From contig JAOAHN010000063.1 of the NCBI GenBank assembly GCA_026415215.1, forward strand, positions 778-64,777: 64,000 nt of DNA, in the 5' to 3' direction. Shown here piece by piece: positions 55,419-64,000 of this stretch. Under the pieces are notes generated by a model. The model searched no databases, was not told the DNA's origin, and worked only from the letters and a program-made list of their open reading frames with translations. Every line of letters starts with the position of its first letter. Position 1 is the first letter of the stretch. The DNA comes from Candidatus Hydrogenedentota bacterium (GTDB lineage Bacteria; Hydrogenedentota; Hydrogenedentia; Hydrogenedentales; Hydrogenedentaceae). A program made the translations under genes and the position numbers.

Positions 55419-56819
55419 TTACTCACTCACTCGAATTATCTCACTAATCTGCTCCCTTACTGCACTCACCATTTCATCTTCCACAGTAGGAGCCCATCCT
55501 ACAGGAGAAGCATACTGCTCTTGAATAACCTTTGCCTGATACAGGCCTAATCTGACTATCTCCCTTGTAGGAATATACAAATTATGCTCACCCATATATC
55601 CAAACACCATAATGGGATAATTATATCTAAAAGCATCCTTTATCCGCATACCTATAGGAGCACATACCTCCCCCTGAAGCGCGACTAATATGAAATTTCC
55701 AATTTTAGCAACAATAGATTCTTCATATCTACAGGGATATTCCCTACCATCTGGATTTTCTTCAATTAAAAAGCCATCGTCAGTGCAAATTTTGTCTGAT
55801 GACTTATTGGGGAAAGGAATTCCTTCACGGTAGTGTTTCAAAAGTGACCTTATCCAGTTTGAACTTCTCCTATGGTCGGGATAGGGCACGAAGCCTATGT
55901 CCATTGGATGAAACAAAGCCAGTTTTTCAGCTTGTTCTCTTGGCATAGGCTTGGCAAGGGAAAGCGATACGACTTTAAATGAACTCGATATCTTACCCTC
56001 TATGGGTGTTTTTTTCTCGTTTGCAACCCTAATAACCTCTCTGGATAATTCTTCAGCATACTTTATTACTACCGCTTCATCAGCATGCATGAAACTCTTT
56101 GTAAACTGATTCCCCCCACATGCATCAGCATACATAGCAATACATCCATCAAATGCTTTTTCAACAAAATCCATTGCATAGCCGGGATGCCCAGGATGGA
56201 TTACATTATCTTTACCTGCTAACTGAAGAGGATGTGTAGGATGATTAAATAAAATTGCGTATACTTTGCCAGCGCTGTCCACAACTTTTAACACCTGGAC
56301 CTCATAGTCTACTGGAGCATTACCAACACTCAGTAAGTGATAAACATATCCATTTCCAAATTCTAAATGAACTGGACCTGTGAGATTTTCCAATGCTCTT
56401 TTCACTAAATCGAATATCTTATTAGCCAGCCATCTACCATACTCAAAATTTTCAGGAACTATTTGAATAGGTGCACAGTGGTTATGAGTAGCAAGAGGTA
56501 TGAAGTACTCATGCGAAATGCCCAACTCGTGTTTTAGGCGAGACCTTAATATAGGTGTAGCTACATCCAAACAGTTCAAATCGTATGTCACTATCACAAG
56601 TTTAGAATTCCCATCATCAAGCACAAGAACCCTTGCATATAAATCCTTCGCAACTTCAACCATTCTCTCACCAAATACACCCACAGGTTTGTTATCTAAA
56701 CTTGGAGGAGTAATTATATCCTTTGCAGTCCCTACCCGAAGAAAAGCTTGTCCTACACCACAGAACAAAACTGAAAAAGATAAACACAAAGTAAAAACTC
56801 TTAATTTAAAAAAGTTCAT
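55419..56819 (-). CDS. Secreted neutral/alkaline ceramidase-like hydrolase (tentative).
   Basis: Signal peptide. VGTAKDIITPP…VGVFGERM…ARVLVLDDGNSKLVIVTYDL and PLATHNHCAP parallel the ceramidase N-terminal ADITgP…mGYa…RAfvl…vfvsaD and THTHSGP blocks. This is memory-based. Confidence 0.4.
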   Translation of the reverse strand: MNFFKLRVFTLCLSFSVLFCGVGQAFLRVGTAKDIITPPSLDNKPVGVFGERMVEVAKDLYARVLVLDDGNSKLVIVTYDLNCLDVATPILRSRLKHELGISHEYFIPLATHNHCAPIQIVPENFEYGRWLANKIFDLVKRALENLTGPVHLEFGNGYVYHLLSVGNAPVDYEVQVLKVVDSAGKVYAILFNHPTHPLQLAGKDNVIHPGHPGYAMDFVEKAFDGCIAMYADACGGNQFTKSFMHADEAVVIKYAEELSREVIRVANEKKTPIEGKISSSFKVVSLSLAKPMPREQAEKLALFHPMDIGFVPYPDHRRSSNWIRSLLKHYREGIPFPNKSSDKICTDDGFLIEENPDGREYPCRYEESIVAKIGNFILVALQGEVCAPIGMRIKDAFRYNYPIMVFGYMGEHNLYIPTREIVRLGLYQAKVIQEQYASPVGWAPTVEDEMVSAVREQISEIIRVSE

Positions 56820-56929
56820 AAAGGCTCTCCTTCTACGCCCAAAAGAAAAATGGAATATTATTAAATAGTATTTTTATTATAATAAAAAGAATTCGGGACT
56901 TAATCACCAAATTTTGGAGTAAATTATAA

Positions 56930-58465
56930 ATGCCAGAAAAAAAGGAAAAAATTCTGGTAGTAGATGATGAACTAATAATCAGAGAGCTACTAACAGACCT
57001 ATTAACGGAAGAGGGTTTCGAAGTCATAACTGCTCCTGATGGAGAAGATGCATTACAGATAATAAAAGAGGACAAAGAAATTTCCATAATCTTTACTGAT
57101 ATATTGATGCACAGGATGGATGGTATCCAACTTATCCACAAGGCAAAAGAGATAAACCCAAACTTTGTTCCTATAATAATGACAGGCTATGCAACATTAG
57201 AGACGGCGAGAGCGGCTGTTAAAGAAGGAGCCTATGACTATGTTCTAAAACCTTTCAATATATCAGAAATAAAAACCGCTGTATACAATGCAATAGAGCG
57301 TCATAGATTAATCCTCGAAAACGCCCGACTAAAGGAAATTACCGAACTATTCAAAATCAGCGAGAATATATCTTCTATCAGAGATGAGGAACAACTGCTC
57401 CGATTCATATTAAACACTGCTTTAGAATATACAGAAGCAGAAAGGGGTTCAATATTAATAGTAACTGAGGATGGAAAACACCTTAAATTAGTAGCTGGAA
57501 CGGGGATTCCACAAGAATTGATAGGAAATGTGATTCCCATGAAGCCTACCTCCATTTCCGGAATAGTAGCGTTAAATATGGAACCGTTTTTTGTTGAGGA
57601 CATTGAATCCCAGCCTGAGATAAAAGAATACATCATAGGACTGAAAAATAAATCATTTATATCCGTTCCGTTAAAAAGGAAAAAAAGTGATTTTATAACT
57701 CATCATCCTCTAATGGATAACCCTTCAGATATTATTGCGGTATTGAATGTAACTGATAAGAGGAACAATGCTCCATTTACAGAGTCAGACCTTAAAGTGT
57801 TGAGAATCATAGGCAACCACGGCGCAGTTGCGATTGAGAATGCAAGGCTAATTAGGGAAATAGAATCTGCACAGAGAGAAATCGTGTTTACCTTGGGTGA
57901 GATAGTAGAAACTCGTTCCCGAGAAACAGGAAGCCATGTGAAAAGAGTCGCGGAGTATTCGAAAGTACTCGCATCCAAAATAGGCTTATCTCCTAAAGAG
58001 GCAGAGATTTTGAGATTAGCCGCTCCTCTTCACGATGTAGGTAAAGTGGGTATCCCTGATGCTATCCTAAATAAACCAGGCTCCCTAACCCCATCTGAAT
58101 TCGAAATAATTAAGACTCACACTATCATTGGACACGATATGCTTAAGAAAACAAAGGGTGTTGTTCTCCAGTCAGCAGCAATAATTGCTCTCGAACATCA
58201 CGAAAGATATGACGGAAACGGTTATCCTCAAGGTAAAAAAGGAAAGGAAATACACATATACGGAAGAATAGTAGGAATAACTGATGTGTTCGATGCTTTA
58301 GGTGTAGATAGAATATATAAAAAAGCATGGTCGCTTGAGGAAATTAAAGACTATTTCGCAGACCAAAGAGGCAAGCAGTTTGATCCTGAACTTGTAGATA
58401 TTTTCTTTGCAAACATAGAGGAAATACTCCAGATACGCGAACGCTTCCCTGAAAAACAACAATAA
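56930..58465 (+). CDS. Response regulator REC-GAF-HD-GYP (c-di-GMP phosphodiesterase, RpfG-like).
   Basis: Canonical receiver (ILVVDDE…IFTDILMHRMDG). A central GAF domain. An HD-GYP domain with HD…HHERYDGNGYP. Confidence 0.85.
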   Translation: MPEKKEKILVVDDELIIRELLTDLLTEEGFEVITAPDGEDALQIIKEDKEISIIFTDILMHRMDGIQLIHKAKEINPNFVPIIMTGYATLETARAAVKEGAYDYVLKPFNISEIKTAVYNAIERHRLILENARLKEITELFKISENISSIRDEEQLLRFILNTALEYTEAERGSILIVTEDGKHLKLVAGTGIPQELIGNVIPMKPTSISGIVALNMEPFFVEDIESQPEIKEYIIGLKNKSFISVPLKRKKSDFITHHPLMDNPSDIIAVLNVTDKRNNAPFTESDLKVLRIIGNHGAVAIENARLIREIESAQREIVFTLGEIVETRSRETGSHVKRVAEYSKVLASKIGLSPKEAEILRLAAPLHDVGKVGIPDAILNKPGSLTPSEFEIIKTHTIIGHDMLKKTKGVVLQSAAIIALEHHERYDGNGYPQGKKGKEIHIYGRIVGITDVFDALGVDRIYKKAWSLEEIKDYFADQRGKQFDPELVDIFFANIEEILQIRERFPEKQQ

Positions 58466-58473
58466 ATAGTATA

Positions 58474-61107
58474 CTAATACTCATACGCACCTATGTCGTA
58501 ATCAGATCCGTCCCCCCGTGGAGCTGAAATTCCGTCTCTACCTCTCATGTTATTCTCAATATCGAAAATCACGGAGCCCCACTCTTCACTACTGGTATCA
58601 AATCCCGCATCCACACACGGCGAACTACTGGAAAGCCTTAAGTTGCCACCTTGAGGAAAAACAAACAGAGGGTCTACTGAAATATTGCCTACCCCCTGCT
58701 TCTCTACCTGTAGATTACAATAATAGAATTCAGGTTCTCCTCCCAACGAATATACTCCAGCACCTGAATTTTCCCAAATTATAGTATTCCCAAATCTTAA
58801 ACCTCCGTAATAATTGAACACCGCCCCACCCTGAATATTTGAAAGCAGATCAGTCATATTCCCATAAAAGGTGCAGTTCGTAACGATTATATTTTCACAA
58901 AAATCGAGGTGAAGCCCCCCTGTTCGTTCAGTCGAGTAACTGAAATCATATGACTGGTTACGGAAAACAACCGAATTTATTAACTTGCCGGAGCTTCGTG
59001 TCAGGAATCCCATACCACCGCTTGCCCGAGAATAGCCTGGATGGTCATTAGTCGAAACCGAATTATTTCTAAACTCAGAACTTTCAATTCTGAAGCTTGA
59101 ATACCACAAATAAATAGCACCACCTAATGCTCTTGCTACCGCTCCATAGTAATTTCCATTTATCCGCCCATCACCTATCCCTTCTGCGGAGCATGAGTTT
59201 AGATAAAAATAACTATTTTCCAAAGATAATGATGAATTATAAGAGTAAATTGCGCCTCCGCCCGCTGTCGCATATACATTTCCTATCGAATTTTTCCATT
59301 CACACCGAGCGTTAGCCACATTTCTCTCAAATCTACACCTGACAAAATTCGCAACGCTATCAGATACATAAACCGCACCACCATAATTGTAAACAGAGGC
59401 TGTCCCATTCAGTTCAACCCTGTTTTCAATAAAATGGCAGTCATACGCTGATAGCTTTCCGCTCAGAATAGCTATCGCCCCTCCAGCTCCTTCTGCTTTA
59501 TTCTGGAAGAATTTGCAATTTCTAACAGTCATCCTCTTTCCAGGGATGTATAATCCCCCTCCGTCCGAAGCGTCTAAGTATATACCATTAAATCGGGCAA
59601 TACCCCCCTTAATAACGAAACCATCTATCTCACAATAATTATCCCCTAATAAAACATGCCACGCTGGTTCACCTGCTCGAGATTTGCTCCCATCGATGAC
59701 TGTTACATTCGTATTAAAGTTCCTTTGGGATAAACTAATCTCATTTCCACTAAAACCACCATATAATTTAACAAGTTCTCTTAGGACAAGTGCCCCGTAG
59801 GGATTATTTCTCACTTCGTCGTAAATACCACCTGCAACCCAAACTTCTCCTCCACCTAACTCATAAGCCTTATTTATCCCCTCCTGAATTGTAGTATAAG
59901 CAGAATCCCAAGTTAATCCATCTGGTTCAACTTCTTTATTTACATTACTTTTCTTAACATGTATTCTCACGCCCTCATGTATTTCAATGTAATTCTCTCT
60001 AACTATGGTATCTGTGCCAGCAGTAGTAGTCACACTTAATCTTACGGTGTAAACTCCAGGCTGAGTATATATATGAACTGGATCTCTCTGAACACTAAAA
60101 GAACCATCCCCAAAATTCCAAAGCCACTGGGGATCTGTTCCGTTTCCTAACCTACTTTCATCGGTAAACTCCACTTCCGTACCTACTAGAGTCCTGGTTG
60201 GCGATGCGGAAAAATTTGCTTTAGGGGGATAAGGCAAAGCACTATATATCCTAATCCAACCTGCCAATATGCTCAAAGGATACAAAATCCCCTGAGGGTA
60301 TGTGGTTGATAATATATTTTCACTATACAAAGAGTATATATCTCCGAAGTCTACTTCCTCAGATATGTGAAATCTAATAGCCATAAGAAGCCCTGAGGAC
60401 ATTCCAGTTGTAGAGGTACCAGAAATAACAACTCTCAACCTCCCAGGTACTATCTGGGAAACTGTTAAACTCCTACCTGTATTAAATATGACAAGCCCAG
60501 GAATAGACTCTACATAATTTAGTTTTCTATGGTTGTAGAGTAAATCAAACTGAATAGAATCGAGGAAAACATCTTTTGTATCTAATGTAAACGGGACAGA
60601 CACATCAGAATTAGGAACTGCATCTTTTCTATCAATAACCACTCTTGCATATTGATATACTTCCCCCTCTCCCTCAGGTGAGCCTTCCAATTCTCCTTCT
60701 TCATTATTAGGGGGGCATAGAATAGGTCTGAAGCCATCTTCAGTCCCTGAGTATGGCTCGTAACCACAAGAATTATAAAATTGTATTAGTCTCAAAATCT
60801 CATTAAGAGTAATACGCCACTTATTATTTTCCTCAAAATCACTGTCATGAGGTTCACAACTCTGATCACCCGGCCCGGGGTTATACCCATCTTCCCCATT
60901 GGGGTCACAATGATAACTCTTTACATTATAGAATTGAATTACTCTAAGAAGTTCAGATAAATTTATTTTCCCATCTCTATCTTTATCAGCCGAATGATAT
61001 TCGGTTTGGTCTGTATATCCATAAATACTAATTACTATAAAAAAAATAAAAACAAACAATATACACTTTTTTCCTCTACTACTCATTTTGTTTTCCTTTA
61101 TCAGCAT
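58474..61107 (-). CDS. Secreted protein with an N-terminal dockerin/EF-hand twin module, a PKD domain and a right-handed parallel beta-helix (pectate-lyase fold).
   Basis: Signal/TM. DKDRDGKINLSELLRVIQFYN … NKWRITLNEILRLIQFYNSCGY. PKD WNFGDGSF…HIYTQPGVYTVRLSV. PbH1-like repeats (NCKFFQNKAEGAGGAIAI, GGAVYVSDSVANFVRCRFERN, GGAIYSYNSSLSLENSYF). Confidence 0.7.
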   Translation of the reverse strand: MLIKENKMSSRGKKCILFVFIFFIVISIYGYTDQTEYHSADKDRDGKINLSELLRVIQFYNVKSYHCDPNGEDGYNPGPGDQSCEPHDSDFEENNKWRITLNEILRLIQFYNSCGYEPYSGTEDGFRPILCPPNNEEGELEGSPEGEGEVYQYARVVIDRKDAVPNSDVSVPFTLDTKDVFLDSIQFDLLYNHRKLNYVESIPGLVIFNTGRSLTVSQIVPGRLRVVISGTSTTGMSSGLLMAIRFHISEEVDFGDIYSLYSENILSTTYPQGILYPLSILAGWIRIYSALPYPPKANFSASPTRTLVGTEVEFTDESRLGNGTDPQWLWNFGDGSFSVQRDPVHIYTQPGVYTVRLSVTTTAGTDTIVRENYIEIHEGVRIHVKKSNVNKEVEPDGLTWDSAYTTIQEGINKAYELGGGEVWVAGGIYDEVRNNPYGALVLRELVKLYGGFSGNEISLSQRNFNTNVTVIDGSKSRAGEPAWHVLLGDNYCEIDGFVIKGGIARFNGIYLDASDGGGLYIPGKRMTVRNCKFFQNKAEGAGGAIAILSGKLSAYDCHFIENRVELNGTASVYNYGGAVYVSDSVANFVRCRFERNVANARCEWKNSIGNVYATAGGGAIYSYNSSLSLENSYFYLNSCSAEGIGDGRINGNYYGAVARALGGAIYLWYSSFRIESSEFRNNSVSTNDHPGYSRASGGMGFLTRSSGKLINSVVFRNQSYDFSYSTERTGGLHLDFCENIIVTNCTFYGNMTDLLSNIQGGAVFNYYGGLRFGNTIIWENSGAGVYSLGGEPEFYYCNLQVEKQGVGNISVDPLFVFPQGGNLRLSSSSPCVDAGFDTSSEEWGSVIFDIENNMRGRDGISAPRGDGSDYDIGAYEY

Positions 61108-61110
61108 CTC

Positions 61111-63117
61111 TCAACGGGAATTACACCCACACTTCACTCCCGTAATGTTTTTTAGGTACTCTTCTAATTCTTCACGGGAGATTTTTCCATCTCTATCTTT
61201 ATCTATCTCGAGCAATAAGTCTATAGGAATTTGAGGATACCTTTCAACTACCTCTTCGTAGCTTAAATACCCATCACCATCTATATCGCAATAAGAAAAT
61301 GTAGACCACAGCAAAAGAGCAAAATTTCTCTTCTCTTTCTCCGTTAGAGCTACTGATTTTTTATAAGACACATCCAAAGCCAAACGACTGGCAAAGGGAA
61401 TGTATACCTTAAGCGACTGGGGTTTTATATAGCCATCTACATCTGTAAATTCTATCTCTACCCACCCCATCTCAAGGATTACCACTTCCTTAGAATTTCT
61501 CCATAATTCAAATCCTTTAGGTCTCCACTTGGCCCCTTTATTCACTGCATCCGGTGGAAATATGCTAACCATTAACTCACCAACTTTTATAAAGGTCTCT
61601 ACCACAACCTTGTTCTCACCCGAATCAATTTCTACATCTATATAATCATTTTTAAAATCCAAATACCGAGAATAAACCCATCCCTGAGGTTGATAAAAGA
61701 AAACTCTATAAACCCCAGCTGACAATCCCGTTACACTCTCTCCACTGGAACGCCAAGCCTCATCCCCCTCAATCTTCCATTGGGCCCCACTAATCACGGC
61801 CTCCTCTGGTTCAATAATAACGGTAAGAGAAGCAAAAACTTCATCTTCTCCCTCTCCTTCTATTATTCCTTCACCTTCTCCCTCGAGAATACCCTCTAAC
61901 ACACCTTCTCCCTCATACGGAGACTCACCCTCACCACACCATACACAACCACCACCATCACTGAACTCTTCAACACTCAACACCCTCCTCTTATAGCCTT
62001 CCAAACCCTCACTCGAATCCATCGCATATCTATACTCACCTAAATTACACACCCCATCCATATCAGCATCACCATACATACTCAACCAACACGAACTACT
62101 CACATTAAATAAAGCCATATTCGGCAACGGCACCTCCAATGGCAATTCATCTATCATACCCACCAACATCTCCACTGTAGACCTTTCTCCAACCGTCATT
62201 ATCCCTGCCACTACTCTCTCAAACCTCGCACGATCCACTATCAAAAATATCACCGGTTGGCTCGCCGCTATCTCATCTGCATATAACTTCGCGCTATCCA
62301 AATTAACTACATAAGTAGCTACAACACAACAATATATTCCCATATCCCACCTACTCAATACACCATCAAGTATCCACGCCTGAGCTACATCCAGCACCCT
62401 ATTGCCATCCAAATCCGCTTTATCCGGGTCCTCTCCAAATAACTCGTAAAACCACCTCAAATCAGATTCAAAACTACTACTCACCTCCCCACTATTACAA
62501 CCAACCTCAAGACAATTATCTATATTACAAGGATCAAACCAAAATCCTCCCTCTCCTTCTCCTTCTGCAACACCCTCTCCCTCCTGTGTCCCCTCAATAC
62601 CTCCCTCATTCACACCTTCCCCCGATCCTTCAGAAGAATCGCAGACACAAACTAAGTTTGCAACAACTGATTCAGTAGTTATATTAGGTCCATCAGTACG
62701 ATACATACCGTATGAAGTCACTGCCAAAGGAGAAGTATATCCTTCTTCTACATTTATCTTGAAAGAAAATTTAAAAGGAAAATTAGGTATGAATATCCAG
62801 GCAAACTCAAATCTTCCTCTTGTTCCCCCAGACGGATAAATAGGTGGGAGTGCACCGGAAACTAACGATACAAAGCTACACTGCTGAGGAACTTCCGTCA
62901 CCAATCCAAGGGCAGTAACAGTGCTTGAACCAGTATATATAAATTCTACCTCCACTACTAAATCTTTGCCAGGTGTGTACTTATTACCGTTAGAAATATA
63001 CCCTTCCCCACCTATAGTCTGTGAAATTTTTAAATCTGTTTCAGCGAAACTCCAAATCGAGAAAAACAACACCACGAATAGGAAAACCAACACAAATTTT
63101 TCATATATACTATACAC
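61111..63117 (-). CDS. Secreted paralogous Ca-binding repeat protein with one copy of the 175-aa module, EG tracts, a repeated beta-rich domain and a C-terminal EF-hand pair. It lies 3 nt upstream of 58474..61107 on the same strand.
   Basis: Leader peptide. SFESDLRWFYELFGEDPDKADLDGNRVLDVAQAWILD … DADMDGVCNLGEYRY … GGGCVWCGEGE. C-terminal DIDGDGYLSYEE and DKDRDGKISREE canonical EF-hand loops. Confidence 0.65.
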   Translation of the reverse strand: MYSIYEKFVLVFLFVVLFFSIWSFAETDLKISQTIGGEGYISNGNKYTPGKDLVVEVEFIYTGSSTVTALGLVTEVPQQCSFVSLVSGALPPIYPSGGTRGRFEFAWIFIPNFPFKFSFKINVEEGYTSPLAVTSYGMYRTDGPNITTESVVANLVCVCDSSEGSGEGVNEGGIEGTQEGEGVAEGEGEGGFWFDPCNIDNCLEVGCNSGEVSSSFESDLRWFYELFGEDPDKADLDGNRVLDVAQAWILDGVLSRWDMGIYCCVVATYVVNLDSAKLYADEIAASQPVIFLIVDRARFERVVAGIMTVGERSTVEMLVGMIDELPLEVPLPNMALFNVSSSCWLSMYGDADMDGVCNLGEYRYAMDSSEGLEGYKRRVLSVEEFSDGGGCVWCGEGESPYEGEGVLEGILEGEGEGIIEGEGEDEVFASLTVIIEPEEAVISGAQWKIEGDEAWRSSGESVTGLSAGVYRVFFYQPQGWVYSRYLDFKNDYIDVEIDSGENKVVVETFIKVGELMVSIFPPDAVNKGAKWRPKGFELWRNSKEVVILEMGWVEIEFTDVDGYIKPQSLKVYIPFASRLALDVSYKKSVALTEKEKRNFALLLWSTFSYCDIDGDGYLSYEEVVERYPQIPIDLLLEIDKDRDGKISREELEEYLKNITGVKCGCNSR

Positions 63118-63195
63118 AATTTACCTCCTAAATATGCTGGTTATCTAATTATACCCTATAAACACCTATTAAAGGTTATGTAGACTAAATTAATA

Positions 63196-64000
63196 TCAGT
63201 TACAATCCTCTAACAATTTAAATCCACAAGACACAGGTTCAACTATATATACCCCATATTCATTATATTCATCAGATATCTTCTTGGCAAGTAATTCAGC
63301 TTCGTCTTTTGAACCAAAAATAGCAAAGATAGTTGACCCGCTTCCTGTCATACATACATTTTTAACACCTAAACTATTCACAAAATCTTTTATCTTTCTC
63401 AACTTAGGGTAAAGAACAAAGGCTGGAATTTCTAATCTATTATATAACACCTTCTCCCATCTCTTTCGGTACAACTCGACCAGCATTTTTCTAAAATTGT
63501 AGGAAAAAAAACTCCTTTTTTTCCTAATTCTCCTAACAACAAGAGAAGGATGTGTATATACTTCTCTGGTTGATGATGAAAAACCTGGGTCGATTAACAC
63601 TATATAATAATCACACATAAAAGGTAACTTTCTAACAAAATCACCTATTCCACTTACCGCACAGGTCCCCCCCGTAAAGAAGAATGGCACATCAGCACCC
63701 AACTTAGTGGCAAATTTTATCAATTCCTCTTTACTTAGTCCTAACCCCCACAAAACATTCAAACCTGCCAAGGTCCCGGCACAATTGCTTGAACCTCCTC
63801 CCAATCCTCTACCTATAGGGATCCTTTTCTCCAAATAGATTTTTACACCTTTTTTAACCCCGAAGTTAGTTGCCAAAATATTAGCAGCTTTTATAACCAA
63901 GTTCCTCTCATCAGTTGGTAATGATTTCTCATTAGAAATGAAAAATACGCCTTTCCGAGAATCTTCCAAAATTAATTCGTCTGATAAACCTATACTCTGA
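63196..64000 (-). CDS. ispE: 4-diphosphocytidyl-2-C-methyl-D-erythritol kinase (GHMP kinase). The N-terminus lies beyond the window end.
   Basis: GHMP ATP-binding loop IPIGRGLGGGSSNCAG and IspE-like length/order. The minus-strand frame is open to position 64000. Confidence 0.75.
   Translation of the reverse strand, partial: QSIGLSDELILEDSRKGVFFISNEKSLPTDERNLVIKAANILATNFGVKKGVKIYLEKRIPIGRGLGGGSSNCAGTLAGLNVLWGLGLSKEELIKFATKLGADVPFFFTGGTCAVSGIGDFVRKLPFMCDYYIVLIDPGFSSSTREVYTHPSLVVRRIRKKRSFFSYNFRKMLVELYRKRWEKVLYNRLEIPAFVLYPKLRKIKDFVNSLGVKNVCMTGSGSTIFAIFGSKDEAELLAKKISDEYNEYGVYIVEPVSCGFKLLEDCN

Overview
This is a low-GC (about 35-38% by eye), densely coded window of bacterial chromosome with no rRNA or tRNA genes, no CRISPR array and no obvious mobile element. 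The prepilin-type DUF1559 protein, signal-peptide-bearing glycosidases and large secreted repeat proteins suggest a PVC-superphylum or candidate-phylum organism such as Omnitrophica-like; this is inference, not shown by the sequence. Housekeeping genes I recognise are pgi (5' partial), clpB, uvrA, lpdA plus a lipoyl E2, rpoN, rmlC and ispE (truncated at the window end). Carbohydrate and redox genes include a LacI-family regulator, two Gfo/Idh/MocA oxidoreductases, an MtlD-like dehydrogenase, a secreted GH2 beta-galactosidase, a GMC oxidoreductase operon and a large WbsX-like glycosyl-hydrolase-like protein. Signalling genes include a 1207-aa hybrid histidine kinase paired with an HTH-receiver regulator and a REC-GAF-HD-GYP regulator. 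The most unusual content is a family of three large, paralogous secreted proteins (32024..34879 and the tandem pair 58474..61107, 61111..63117), plus a small relative at 34967..35440. They carry EF-hand / dockerin-like Ca-binding loops, acidic EG-x-x-EG low-complexity tracts, a conserved twin ELLRVIQF(F/Y)N module and a roughly 175-aa module present in three copies. One paralog also carries a PKD domain and a pectate-lyase-type beta-helix. Other points of interest are a decayed tandem paralog (pseudogene) of the DUF1559 gene, a 1.2-kb non-coding gap, a possible sphingolipid-catabolic pair (S1P-lyase-like decarboxylase and ceramidase-like hydrolase) and an E2-E3 pair without an E1. All annotations rest on motif recognition in the supplied translations; no database search was run.
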